Source: an uncultured Bacteroidaceae bacterium (GTDB lineage: Bacteria; Bacteroidota; Bacteroidia; Bacteroidales; Bacteroidaceae). Taken from it: 64,000 nucleotides of DNA. Numbering within the stretch: position 1 is the stretch's first letter; each line of letters opens with the position of its first letter. The stretch is from assembly GCA_934394435.1 (NCBI GenBank), contig CAKRRN010000008.1:4290-68289 (forward strand), read 5' to 3'. A model generated the notes under the pieces. The model had not been told where the DNA came from. It did no database searches and saw nothing but the letters and a program-made list of their open reading frames with translations. Below, piece after piece: positions 1 through 9,705 of the stretch. The position numbers and the translations under genes were made by a program.

Positions 1-555
1 ATACTCGATTTCAGCGCTGTAGCAAAAGGATTCGGTGTAGACCAAGTGGCATCTCTCTTCCGAGACAAAGGCATAGAGAACTTTATGGTCGAGATTGGAG
101 GAGAAGTCGTCTCACACGGCAAGAATCCCAAAGGAGAACCGTGGCGCATAGGCATCAACAAGCCTGATGACGATGCAGAAAACGAGCAAACAGAACTTCA
201 AGACATCATAGAGCTGAACGACTGTGCCATTGCCACCAGCGGCAACTATAGAAACTTCTATATGCACAACGGAAAGCGCGTGGCTCATACCATAGACCCA
301 CACAGCGGCTACCCCGTGCAGCACAGTATACTGAGTAGCACGGTACTGGCTCCCACGTGTGCAATGGCAGACGGGTTCGCCACAGCCTTCATGGTGATGG
401 GACTCGAGAGTGCGAAGACCGTATTGCAGCAGCACCCAGAACTACAGGCATACTTCATTCTTTCCACACCCGAGGGTAAGTATGCCACCTGGTGTACAGA
501 CGGACTGAAGAAGGTGCTTGCGAAAACGAAGGGGAAAGGCTCTGAAGGAGCTTAA
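1..555 (+). CDS. apbE: FAD:protein FMN transferase (ApbE family), C-terminal part; 5' end lies outside the window
   Basis: The frame is open from nt 1 (ILDFSAVAKGFGVDQ...) to TAA at 553-555. The ATSGNYRNF and HTIDPHSGYP blocks are typical of the ApbE core. Confidence 0.8.
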   Translation: MLDFSAVAKGFGVDQVASLFRDKGIENFMVEIGGEVVSHGKNPKGEPWRIGINKPDDDAENEQTELQDIIELNDCAIATSGNYRNFYMHNGKRVAHTIDPHSGYPVQHSILSSTVLAPTCAMADGFATAFMVMGLESAKTVLQQHPELQAYFILSTPEGKYATWCTDGLKKVLAKTKGKGSEGA

Positions 556-698
556 CCACTCCCTTGCGGAGTTAAGTCAAATGAGGCAAAGCGAAGTTCA
601 CTTCTGCTTTACCAGGGCGAGAAAACGAAGGATGCGAATCCAGGGGATAACTCTGAAGGAGTCCCGTTAAAGTAAACCTCATATAGAGAGAAAGCGTG

Positions 699-1409
699 AT
701 GGACATAAGTACAAAATATAAGCTCCTAACCCACATGCCCCTGCTGCAGGGACTCAGCGGACAGGATTTGGCACGTCTGGAAGAAATACACGGATTAGAG
801 GTGGAGACAATCCCTTCCAGCCCGCAGCCCCTGCTCAACCAAGGAGACACCTGTACCCACCTGCTTCTGGTGGCCAACGGAGTGCTTCGCAGAAAATATG
901 TTAGCCAAGACGGGCGTATTCGTCTTGCAGCAAACCTGCATTCTCCCTTGGCAGTAGAGCCAGAAAACCTCTACGGACTACATTGCCATTACCATAACTC
1001 CTATTTTGCAGAAACAGACCTGCAGGTCATTAGTATCAGAAAGGCAGACGTGGGAAAATGTCTGATGAACGTACCAGTATTTCGCTACAATCTGCTCAAC
1101 TATCTCTCCGCCGTAGCTCATAAGCAGACCCTACTGATGACCCCTTATCCTCCACGCACAGTCGTGGGTAAATTCCTGCATCTGCTTGATATCCTTTGCC
1201 GAGAAGGCGACAGCGAAATCAGCATGAGCGTGAAAATGACAGACCTGGCTCTTTACCTTGAAGAAACACGGCTTACCGTATCGCGCATGCTCAACCGCCT
1301 GGCTTCCCAACAGATTATCGGACTCGCACGCTCCACCATCACCCTGCGCTCGCTAAATAAACTCCGAACGTATCTGAACGAAACAGATGTTTACACTCAA
1401 GCCAAATGA
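699..1409 (+). CDS. Crp/Fnr-family transcriptional regulator
   Basis: About 236 aa. N-terminal cNMP-binding-like fold (LLQGLSGQDLARLEE...) and a C-terminal HTH (MTDLALYLEETRLTVSRMLNRL). ATG at 699 is preferred to GTG at 696. Confidence 0.7.
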   Translation: MDISTKYKLLTHMPLLQGLSGQDLARLEEIHGLEVETIPSSPQPLLNQGDTCTHLLLVANGVLRRKYVSQDGRIRLAANLHSPLAVEPENLYGLHCHYHNSYFAETDLQVISIRKADVGKCLMNVPVFRYNLLNYLSAVAHKQTLLMTPYPPRTVVGKFLHLLDILCREGDSEISMSVKMTDLALYLEETRLTVSRMLNRLASQQIIGLARSTITLRSLNKLRTYLNETDVYTQAK

Positions 1410-1508
1410 GTAAAGCGAAACTCGCTTCCGCTCTTACCATGGTGAGAAAACGAAGGAGGCCAAGAATACATTCATAAATAAACATACACACACAAGAATA
1501 TACACAGA

Positions 1509-3581
1509 ATGACAGACAATACAAGACAAAATCCCCTCCTCAGCGGAGAATACGGCACACCCTTCAATACAGCTCCATTCGGACAAATCACACTTGAAGA
1601 CTTCGAGGAAGCCATCATGGAAGGTATGCAACAGGAAGATGCCGCCATCCAGAAAATGACAGACAACCAGGAGGAACCTACCTTCGAGAATACCATATTG
1701 CCACCCACAGATGAGCTCCTCAATCGTGCCACCACCATCTTCTTCAACCTTCTGAGCTGCTGTACGTCTGACGAGGCAGACCGTCTGGCAGAGAAACTCT
1801 CGCCACTCCTGACCGAACATTCCAACAAGATTCTGCTCAATAGGAAACTCTTTGAGCGCATACGCTACGTCAAACAGCATGCCACAAACCTTACGCCAGA
1901 AGAGCAAAAAGTGCTCGACAATGCCTTTGAAGGATTCGAGCGAGGAGGAGCTTGCTTAGACGACAAAGACAAACAGACGCTCACACATATGCGCGTGGAA
2001 CTCTCCACCCTCACACTTCAGTTCAGTCAAAACTGTCTGAAGGAGACCAACGCATACAGCCTTCACGTGACAGACCGGGCACAGCTGACGGGACTGCCCG
2101 ACACAGCCATTGAGGCTGCCGAATTAGCCGCCAAACAGAAGGGAATGCAAGGATGGCTCTTTACCCTGCACCAACCCAGTTACGGACCATTCATGACCTA
2201 CGCAGACAACAGAGAGCTCCGATGCCAGATGTACAAGGCCAAGAACACCCTCTGCTGCAAGGGAGGAGAGCACGACAACCAGCAAATTGTAAAGCGCATC
2301 GTCAGTCTCCGACGTCAGATAGCACAACTGTTGGGGAACCACACCTACGCAGACTATGTGCTCAAGCACAGGATGGCAGAAAACACCTCAAACGTATACG
2401 CACTCATCAATCAGCTGATGGAGGCATACATGCCCAAGGCTAAAGAGGAAGTGGCAGAGGTGGAGGCACTTGCGAAAAGCATCGAAGGAGACGATTTCGT
2501 ACTCCAACCCTGGGACTATTCCTACTATGGACAGAAACTGAAGAAACAACGCTTCGACCTCGACTCAGAAATGCTGCGTCCCTACTTCCAGCTCGAAAAC
2601 GTAAAGCAAGGCATCTTTGGCCTCGCCACCAAACTATACGGAATCACATTCCAGCGCAGAGAAGACATTCCCGTGTACCATCCCGATGTAGAGGCCTATG
2701 AGGTACTCGACGAAGACGGATCATACCTGGCAGTCCTCTATGCCGACTTCTACCCACGCGAGAACAAACAGAGCGGAGCCTGGATGACCAGCTATGCGGA
2801 GCAGTACATTGACCGCGAGGGCACAGACCACCGCCCACATGTGAGCATCACCATGAATCTCACCAAACCCACAGCTGACAAGCCCTCGTTGCTCACACTG
2901 GGCGAGGTGGAAACCTTCCTTCATGAGTTCGGACACGCCTTACACGGAATTTTCTCCCACGTGCGCTTCATGTCGCTCAGCGGCACAAACGTTTACTGGG
3001 ACTTCGTAGAGCTACCCTCGCAGTTTATGGAAAATTACTCCACACAGCAACAGTTCCTGAGCACCTTCGCACACCATTATCAGACAGGCGAACCCATGCC
3101 AGTTTCTCTAATCCAACGTGTACGCGACAGTGCCAATTTCCAATGCGGATACCTCTGCATACGCCAGCTCAGCTTCTGTCTGCTGGACATGGCATACTAC
3201 GACCGAAGCGAAGATTTCACCCAAGACGTACCCACATTCGAGAAACAAGCATGGGCCAAGACACAGCTGCTTCGTCAGTTGCCCGAAGCATGTATGTCTG
3301 TTCAGTTCGGACACATCATGAGTGGAGGCTACGCAGCAGGATACTACAGCTACAAGTGGGCAGAGGTACTCGATGCAGACGCCTTCAGCATGTTCCTACA
3401 AAACGGAATCTTCGACCGCACCACAGCCTCACGCTTCCGTCATGAGATACTCGAACGCGGAGGTACTGAGCCACCCATGCAACTCTACAAGCGCTTCCGT
3501 GGACAAAAGCCCACCATCGATGCGTTGCTCAAGCGAAACGGAATACAAGAAACAGTTCACCACCCCACTCAAAACACATAA
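1509..3581 (+). CDS. dcp: M3-family peptidyl-dipeptidase (Dcp/oligopeptidase A-like)
   Basis: 690 aa with the zincin motif HEFGHALHG and the downstream E of the M3 family. Length is typical of Dcp. Confidence 0.9.
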   Translation: MTDNTRQNPLLSGEYGTPFNTAPFGQITLEDFEEAIMEGMQQEDAAIQKMTDNQEEPTFENTILPPTDELLNRATTIFFNLLSCCTSDEADRLAEKLSPLLTEHSNKILLNRKLFERIRYVKQHATNLTPEEQKVLDNAFEGFERGGACLDDKDKQTLTHMRVELSTLTLQFSQNCLKETNAYSLHVTDRAQLTGLPDTAIEAAELAAKQKGMQGWLFTLHQPSYGPFMTYADNRELRCQMYKAKNTLCCKGGEHDNQQIVKRIVSLRRQIAQLLGNHTYADYVLKHRMAENTSNVYALINQLMEAYMPKAKEEVAEVEALAKSIEGDDFVLQPWDYSYYGQKLKKQRFDLDSEMLRPYFQLENVKQGIFGLATKLYGITFQRREDIPVYHPDVEAYEVLDEDGSYLAVLYADFYPRENKQSGAWMTSYAEQYIDREGTDHRPHVSITMNLTKPTADKPSLLTLGEVETFLHEFGHALHGIFSHVRFMSLSGTNVYWDFVELPSQFMENYSTQQQFLSTFAHHYQTGEPMPVSLIQRVRDSANFQCGYLCIRQLSFCLLDMAYYDRSEDFTQDVPTFEKQAWAKTQLLRQLPEACMSVQFGHIMSGGYAAGYYSYKWAEVLDADAFSMFLQNGIFDRTTASRFRHEILERGGTEPPMQLYKRFRGQKPTIDALLKRNGIQETVHHPTQNT

Positions 3582-3588
3582 TCACACT

Positions 3589-4017
3589 ATGGACAAACAG
3601 AAAGAACTCGACAGCCGGTACCTCAGGATGGCACACATCTGGAGCGAAAACAGCTACTGCAAGCGACGCCAAGTGGGAGCGCTCATCGTAAAAGACAAAC
3701 GCATCATCAGCGATGGGTACAACGGCACACCATCTGGATTCGAAAATGTATGCGAAGACGATAACAACCTCACCAAACCCTACGTGCTCCACGCCGAGGC
3801 CAACGCCATCACTAAAATAGCCCGAAGCAACAACAACAGCGACGGTAGCACACTCTACGTCACAGACTCGCCCTGTGTGGAATGCTCCAAGCTCATCATA
3901 CAGGCTGGCATCAGACGAGTGGTCTACGCACGCGAGTACAGGCTGGCAGACGGAGTAGAACTCCTGCGCAGGGCTGGGGTTGAGGTGGAATTCCTGCCCG
4001 TATCCGAGCTTGAATAA
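3589..4017 (+). CDS. dCMP (deoxycytidylate) deaminase
   Basis: 142 aa starting at MDKQKELD, inside the longer ORF 3322-4017. Zn-deaminase motifs HAEANAI and PCVECSKLI are present. The upstream part of the ORF overlaps the dcp 3' end and is low-complexity. Confidence 0.85.
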   Translation: MDKQKELDSRYLRMAHIWSENSYCKRRQVGALIVKDKRIISDGYNGTPSGFENVCEDDNNLTKPYVLHAEANAITKIARSNNNSDGSTLYVTDSPCVECSKLIIQAGIRRVVYAREYRLADGVELLRRAGVEVEFLPVSELE

Positions 4018-4086
4018 TTCAGAGTATACCCTCATCCCACACTCAGAATCAAAAAAAACACAACACACATATATATACGTACATAT

Positions 4087-5721
4087 ATGAACAACAACAT
4101 TAAAGAAAGGCTCACACCGCTACTCATCTCACTTGGTGTCGTTGTCGGAATACTGATTGGCACCTTCTGCACAAGCCATTTCTCAGGCAACCGTTTAAGC
4201 ATCATCAATACCGGCACAAACAAGCTCAGCTATCTGCTACAGATAATTGACAACAACTACGTCGACACCGTAGACATGGCACAGCTGGTAGAAGACGCCA
4301 TGCCTGGCATACTGAAAGAGCTCGATCCACACAGCAGCTACCTAAGCGTACAAGATGCCAAGGAAGCTGACGATGACCTGCGCGGCTCATTCAGCGGAAT
4401 AGGTGTTAGCTTCGTCATGCAGAAGGATACCGTAAACGTAATGTCCGTCATCCATGGAGGTCCCGCAGAAAAAGTAGGCATACTGGCTGGCGACCGCATC
4501 ATTACCGCCAACGACTCTAACCTCGTGGGAATGCAGTCACAAGACGTGATGAAACACCTCAAGGGAGCCAAGGGAAGCAAGGTCAAGCTGGGAATCGTAC
4601 GACACGGAGCAAAAGGCGTCACCACCTTCACCGTCGTACGTGGAGACATCCCCGTTGTAAGCGTAGATGCCTACTATATGATCAACGACGATACAGGATA
4701 CCTGCGCGTCAAGAACTTTGGTGAACAGACCTATGCTGAGATGCTGGTAGCACTGGCTGAACTGAGCGTCAAGGGCATGAAGGGACTCGTGGTCGACCTA
4801 CGAGGAAACGCAGGAGGATACATGCACATTGCCATACAGATGGCAAACGAATTCCTACCCAAAGGCAGACTGATTGTGTACACACAAGGGCGGAAAAGCC
4901 CCAGAGAGGAATTTCGGAGCGATGGGAGAGGCACCTTCCAGACAATTCCCCTGGTTGTGCTCATGGACGAGGGAAGCGCAAGCTCAAGTGAGATCTTCGC
5001 TGGAGCCATTCAAGACAACGACAGGGGAACCATCGTAGGCAGACGCTCCTTCGGAAAAGGACTCGTACAGCAGCCCGTAGAGTTTCGCGATGGGAGTGTG
5101 GTTCGCCTCACCATCGCACGATACTACACACCCAGCGGACGATGCATACAGAAACCCTATGAAAAGGGACATGGAGAAGACTACGAGAACGAACTCCTGG
5201 CACGCTACGAGCGAGGAGAATTCTTCTCACAAGACAGCATACACCAAGACGGACCCTCCTATAAGACACGTATCGGACGAACCGTCTATGGAGGAGGAGG
5301 TATTGTGCCCGATGTCTTCATACCAGAAGACACCACTGCCCTCACCTCTTACTACCGCGAAGCACTCTTAACAGGACACATACGGCAGTTCGCCTTCGCC
5401 TATACAGATGCCAACCGAGACAAACTCATGCAGTATCCCACAGCATCGAAAATGGAAGCCTACCTGCGCACACAGTCGCTGCTCGAACAATTCGCACGCT
5501 TCGCTGACAAGCATTCGCTCCGACGCAGAAACCTCATGCTCTACAAGAGCCGTCGCCTCTTCGAGCGTGCCATCTATGGAAACATCATCTATAATGCCCT
5601 CGACATGAGCGAATACATTCAATTCCTCAACGAAAGCGACCCGACCGTGCTACGCGCTGTAGACATCCTTGAGAAAGGAGAGTCTGTACCAAAGAAACCC
5701 CAGAAGGATAAAAAATCATAA
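4087..5721 (+). CDS. S41-family C-terminal processing peptidase with PDZ domain
   Basis: N-terminal TM anchor, PDZ block GPAEKVGILAGDRII, and catalytic block GSASSSEIFAGAIQDNDRGTIVGRRSFGKGLVQ. Confidence 0.9.
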   Translation: MNNNIKERLTPLLISLGVVVGILIGTFCTSHFSGNRLSIINTGTNKLSYLLQIIDNNYVDTVDMAQLVEDAMPGILKELDPHSSYLSVQDAKEADDDLRGSFSGIGVSFVMQKDTVNVMSVIHGGPAEKVGILAGDRIITANDSNLVGMQSQDVMKHLKGAKGSKVKLGIVRHGAKGVTTFTVVRGDIPVVSVDAYYMINDDTGYLRVKNFGEQTYAEMLVALAELSVKGMKGLVVDLRGNAGGYMHIAIQMANEFLPKGRLIVYTQGRKSPREEFRSDGRGTFQTIPLVVLMDEGSASSSEIFAGAIQDNDRGTIVGRRSFGKGLVQQPVEFRDGSVVRLTIARYYTPSGRCIQKPYEKGHGEDYENELLARYERGEFFSQDSIHQDGPSYKTRIGRTVYGGGGIVPDVFIPEDTTALTSYYREALLTGHIRQFAFAYTDANRDKLMQYPTASKMEAYLRTQSLLEQFARFADKHSLRRRNLMLYKSRRLFERAIYGNIIYNALDMSEYIQFLNESDPTVLRAVDILEKGESVPKKPQKDKKS

Positions 5722-5771
5722 GACGGAGAGAGAGAAGAGACAGCCTCTCCTCCACCCCAAGACAGAAATCA

Positions 5772-5815
5772 AGAGGGCGTGTGTTCCGCAGAATACACGC
5801 CCTCTCTATTTTTCT
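5772..5815. terminator. Bidirectional intrinsic terminator between convergent genes
   Basis: Perfect 11-bp stem AGAGGGCGTGT (5772-5782) / ACACGCCCTCT (5795-5805) followed by CTATTTTTCTTT. It lies between the protease stop (5721) and the stop of the minus-strand gene at 5817. Confidence 0.65.
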
Positions 5816-5816
5816 T

Positions 5817-6056
5817 TCAGAACCCTCTGTCTCTCCCTCTATTCCAGTTCACAGAGTCGCTTGCCTCTCCCAAGCACAGAAGCAGGATAATAGCAAGAAG
5901 CGGACTGCCCAAAAAAGCAACTATCAACCACGCTACAGCACTGCGGTTCCGCCTCTCTGCCATCTTCGCCACCAGAACATAAAGTACGACAACTATAGCC
6001 AGAGTGACAGCAGCCACCAACAATCCTAAGATTGCAAATCCAAAAACCTGAGTCAT
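5817..6056 (-). CDS. Small (79 aa) two-TM membrane protein, paralog of 6641-6952
   Basis: Hydrophobic segments. About 40 residues (LYVLVAKMAERRNRSAVAWLIVAFLGSPLLAIILLLCLGE) are identical to the 103-aa ORF at 6641-6952. The KxxxxxWxxxxxxxPxxG pattern resembles small PLDc_N-type membrane proteins; that assignment is weak. Confidence 0.5.
   Translation of the reverse strand: MTQVFGFAILGLLVAAVTLAIVVVLYVLVAKMAERRNRSAVAWLIVAFLGSPLLAIILLLCLGEASDSVNWNRGRDRGF
5869..5985. repeat. 117-bp direct repeat, copy 1 (partner at 6675-6791)
   Basis: Hand alignment to 6675-6791 gives 8 mismatches in 117 nt. The repeat lies inside the small membrane protein ORF. Confidence 0.85.
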
Positions 6057-6457
6057 TTCATTTTTATTTTTTTATTCTTAATATCAGAGAGCAACAACAA
6101 GCACGCACATCGTACAGCCACTCTCGTAAGCATTCCAGCAGGAAAACCTACAAAACAAAGTTAATATAATATTTTCTGGATAGAACGAAAAACAGCAAAA
6201 AAATCAAAAACCATAAAAAAGAACAAGCCCTTCATTCACAACACTATCCAAGATGTGTTTTTCTCAAATCGCTCATCTGAAAATTCAACTTTCCTTTTAT
6301 CTTCAAGCCGCAGAGGAAAATCCAGTATTCCGATTAGTCTTTATACCCCCATTTCCAATCTACAGACAAGCAAGCTTGATCAGATAAGCATAGGTTGTAG
6401 CTGTGAATTTGCGTCCTAAGTTCCCCTGGGGCTATCGGGTGAGTCCCCTCCCCCCTC

Positions 6458-6497
6458 AAAAAATAGGGCTGGCACTTCTCATAAGGTACCAACCCTA
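6458..6497 (-). terminator. Intrinsic terminator closing the island operon
   Basis: On the minus strand, a 12-bp stem (6497-6486 / 6475-6464, two G-U pairs) is followed by TTTTTT (6463-6458). It sits about 145 nt downstream of the stop at 6641. Confidence 0.6.
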
Positions 6498-6640
6498 AAT
6501 GATTTTTGTTGGAAAGAGATTACCGTACAGCAATAATTCTAAACAAATAAGAATCTTTACTCTTGCGCCTGTTACTATGCCACTCTGATAAGTCAACCTA
6601 CATTTAGTTTTTCATCATTTGTTTGTCAAAATATTTATAT

Positions 6641-6952
6641 TTATCGTATTGTTGAGTCGTTATTTTCTGATTCCCCCAAACACAAAAGTAGGATAATAGC
6701 AAGAAGCGGACTGCCCAAAAAAGCGACTATCAACCATGCGACAGCACTGCGGTTTCGCCTCTCTGCCATCTTCGCCACAAGAACATAAAGTCCTATAACA
6801 AGGGCAATAATTCCTATCACAAAACACAATACCCAAATGACCATTCCAACAATAAGCCAAATATTCTGTTCTTCGTCAAGACTGTCTGTCGTATGCGCAA
6901 AGATGAAGATAGGCAAAATGAATCCTAAAAGCAAGGTCATTAGTCTTTTCAT
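6641..6952 (-). CDS. Small (103 aa) multi-TM membrane protein, last gene of the island operon
   Basis: ATG lies 14 nt after the stop of the upstream gene. There are three hydrophobic segments, and the C-terminal about 40 aa are identical to the 5817-6056 product. Confidence 0.55.
   Translation of the reverse strand: MKRLMTLLLGFILPIFIFAHTTDSLDEEQNIWLIVGMVIWVLCFVIGIIALVIGLYVLVAKMAERRNRSAVAWLIVAFLGSPLLAIILLLCLGESENNDSTIR
6675..6791. repeat. 117-bp direct repeat, copy 2 (partner at 5869-5985)
   Basis: See copy 1. All differences fall in a stretch where the two encoded peptides are identical, so they are synonymous. Confidence 0.85.
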
Positions 6953-6966
6953 GTCTTTCCTACCTA

Positions 6967-7530
6967 TTAAAGTTCTTCCAATTCAGCATCACCATCCGTA
7001 TTCTCCGTTTTCAAGAACGAGAGGAACAGTCGCAGAAAGGCAGTCTCTTTGAAGAAACAATTTGGGTCTACCTCCATCTGTTCTGAAATGTAGGAAAGTC
7101 CGTAGTTTGCATACTGCTCCATCTTGTCAATCAGTTGGTCCACAATCTTCCTGCTGCTAACTTCTCCTTTGTCCAAAGCAATCAAATCGACATCTGTGCG
7201 AGCTATCAATGCAGCAAAAATAAACTTCTGGAGTTTCTCGTAAGGCATTCTGCCCCCTCTGGGCTCAATATTACCCCATTTCTGTATTGGCCACCCAAAC
7301 TTCTTTCTCTTTGCTCTGTCCTCTACCAATGGCTTAGTGCTGTCAAAGTACAGCCCTATGAAGAATGCTATGATAAACATTTCATAACCTGCTCCATATG
7401 GTTTTGCGCGAACAGCCTGATAAGAATTTCGCCCACGACCATAGTCACAAAACACATCCATGACTGACTCTTGATATCGAGTTTCCCATTCAGGGTCTCT
7501 CCTGCTCCATAATTCGAATAAACTCTCCAT
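6967..7530 (-). CDS. Island protein, 187 aa, unknown function (partner of the DndD-like ATPase)
   Basis: ATG lies 2 nt after the stop of the 722-aa gene. AT-rich codon usage matches the island. I recognise no motif. There is one hydrophobic stretch, YEMFIIAFFIGLYF. Confidence 0.65.
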   Translation of the reverse strand: MESLFELWSRRDPEWETRYQESVMDVFCDYGRGRNSYQAVRAKPYGAGYEMFIIAFFIGLYFDSTKPLVEDRAKRKKFGWPIQKWGNIEPRGGRMPYEKLQKFIFAALIARTDVDLIALDKGEVSSRKIVDQLIDKMEQYANYGLSYISEQMEVDPNCFFKETAFLRLFLSFLKTENTDGDAELEEL

Positions 7531-7532
7531 CG

Positions 7533-9701
7533 TTATTTTAGTTTTTCTACCAAAGTTCTTATTGTTGCCATGTTTCTATTGTCGAAATTGGCTGCTTTCT
7601 TTATACGATAAACAATACACGTCAGCTTATCTACTTCGTTTATACGCAGTTCTCCCTTTGTAATAAAGTCTTTTGTGACAATGATGCATTGTTTGTTCAG
7701 TTTATCAATGACATTATAGAATCTTTCTTCTTTAGAATCTCCAAAAGATGATGTTGCGGCATCAAATATAAGTGGGTAGTTTTCATCGCGTTTCTGGTCT
7801 GTGAAGTCGGAAATTGCGAATAGAACAGATATGTACATTACGGTTTCCTGCGAGCCAGAAGGCTTTTTGATTTCACTACCATTAGAACTAAAGAGTTTAA
7901 TCTCTGTGGTGTCCTCTATAGTATGACACAAGCGTATCTCCCCATGGAAGTCCTGTGCGCTCAGTTTCTCCAGATATTCGTTTGCCCGATCTTCCAGATC
8001 AGCAAGAAAGCGTCGCAGATTCTCCTTTTTCGCGTTCTCAAATGCTTTTGCTATTTGTTCCAGCACAAGGTGAACATCTTGATAAACCTTTACCAGACTA
8101 TTCTGTGGGTTCAGTTCACCAAACTTCTTGCGCAATTCTGTTTCCTTTTCTGTCAGACCTTTTAGTTCTTCCTGTAAGTTTGTCAAGCGTTGCACTGCAC
8201 GTTCCTTTTGTTCGAACATGTTTTTGATGTCCTTGAAATCCTTTTGAAGCAATTCCTCTGGCATATTATCAGCCTGAATAAGCAGTCGTGCCTTGTTGTC
8301 TTCCGCATCCTGCTTCTTTTCATTCTCAACTTTAAGGTCTGCACGCCATCTGTCTTCAAGTTGCAAACGGTCATCTATATCAGATGCGATACGAGCAACC
8401 TCTGCTTCCGTACTTCCACCCAAATTTATACTCAGGTTATGTATTTCCTCAACATAGTCCGAAACGAACAGTTGCTTTTCTTCAAGTCTCGTTCTCGCTT
8501 CCTCCAGTTTGGCTTTTTCTTCTATGTGTCTTTTGTATTCTCTGAGTTTGTTAACCATGAATTCATAAGCAGCAGACCCTTCTGGGGCTGGTCTTCCACA
8601 AACCTTACATACATGGTCGTTTATCATCTCCTGCATGGTTTCTTCATTCGGAAGATACCAGGGCAACTCTGGCACTCCGTTAGCCAAAAGTCCCCTAACC
8701 TCGTTATAGGCTTTCAGTTTTCCTCTTTCCATTCCTCTCTGCTCATCGAATTCCTTTTCTTGAAACCGTTTCGCCTTACTATATTGCTGACTCTTCTTTT
8801 TAAACTCAGCCAGTATGGAAGAAAAAGCGCAAAGAATCCATTGTTTGTCCAGCAGAGCCGCATTCTTGTCCACAGCAGAAATGTTTGCCTTCAACTTACT
8901 GATTTTATCACTAAGCGATTTGATGCGCTCACTTATCTCATTGTACCGCTCTGATATTTCCTGGTTTTCTGCAAGTGCGTCCAGTTTTGTCGAGTATAGA
9001 TTTATAGAATCATTTTTCTCCTTTATTTCCTTCTTCTTTTCCAGAATTTCCCCAGACAACCGATTCAGTTGTGCTTCCAGAAGCCGCGCCTCATCTGATA
9101 TTTTTTTATCCGACTTACATTCTTTCAGAAAAGCAGAATTTGATTTCTCTTCAAAGATGGCTGAGAGTTTCACTAGTTCATCAAACTTACGTATGTCAGA
9201 ATATTTATCCACAAGTTCTTTCAGCGCAGTCCTATCCTGAAACACATTCAAGTCAGATTCTCCCTTAAACATACTATACCTCTGGATAAAAGCATCAAAA
9301 CATCTGTTGATAAGGTTTTTTCCAGAAATAGGTTCACGCTCTATGCCGTTTCCCTCGTATCCTCTGAATGTAAGTGATGATGTAGAGAACTCGGATTCTG
9401 ATTTACGTTCAAATGAGAAACGCTTCTCCACGTACTTTTCTTCGCCATCATGCTCAAACAACATAGATACCATCAGCTCGTCACTTTCTCCAACCTCCAG
9501 TTTTGACTTTCTCATCTCCGAAACGTTATCGATGCTGTTGTTTTCAACAGATGTATTGAACAACCATTGCAGAGCCTCAAAAAAAGTGGTTTTTCCATCG
9601 CCATTATCCCCGATGATGAGTGTCAGACCATCAGAAAACTCGAAGCTATTCTCTCCGTAATAACTTCGGAAATTTTTTATTGTCAGTCGTTTAATTAGCA
9701 T
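7533..9701 (-). CDS. DndD-like SMC/RecF-type ABC ATPase with coiled coil and CxxC hook
   Basis: N-terminus LTIKNFRSYYGENSFEFSDGLTLIIGDNGDGKTT (Walker A). Long K/E/L-rich coiled coil interrupted by HVCKVCGRP (CxxC). C-terminal SGSQ signature-like block and PLIFDAATSSFGD (D not followed by E, as in the DndD IDTPLGRLD block). Confidence 0.75.
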   Translation of the reverse strand: MLIKRLTIKNFRSYYGENSFEFSDGLTLIIGDNGDGKTTFFEALQWLFNTSVENNSIDNVSEMRKSKLEVGESDELMVSMLFEHDGEEKYVEKRFSFERKSESEFSTSSLTFRGYEGNGIEREPISGKNLINRCFDAFIQRYSMFKGESDLNVFQDRTALKELVDKYSDIRKFDELVKLSAIFEEKSNSAFLKECKSDKKISDEARLLEAQLNRLSGEILEKKKEIKEKNDSINLYSTKLDALAENQEISERYNEISERIKSLSDKISKLKANISAVDKNAALLDKQWILCAFSSILAEFKKKSQQYSKAKRFQEKEFDEQRGMERGKLKAYNEVRGLLANGVPELPWYLPNEETMQEMINDHVCKVCGRPAPEGSAAYEFMVNKLREYKRHIEEKAKLEEARTRLEEKQLFVSDYVEEIHNLSINLGGSTEAEVARIASDIDDRLQLEDRWRADLKVENEKKQDAEDNKARLLIQADNMPEELLQKDFKDIKNMFEQKERAVQRLTNLQEELKGLTEKETELRKKFGELNPQNSLVKVYQDVHLVLEQIAKAFENAKKENLRRFLADLEDRANEYLEKLSAQDFHGEIRLCHTIEDTTEIKLFSSNGSEIKKPSGSQETVMYISVLFAISDFTDQKRDENYPLIFDAATSSFGDSKEERFYNVIDKLNKQCIIVTKDFITKGELRINEVDKLTCIVYRIKKAANFDNRNMATIRTLVEKLK

Positions 9702-9705
9702 AGTC

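Noticed and set aside
8190-8954. 254-aa plus-strand ORF antisense to the DndD-like gene. Similar cases are 7955-8227, 8815-9240 and 9307-9660.
   Set aside because: It has the F/L/S/I-rich low-complexity translation typical of the reverse frame of an AT-rich, K/E-rich coiled-coil gene. It lies fully inside a gene with clear motifs.
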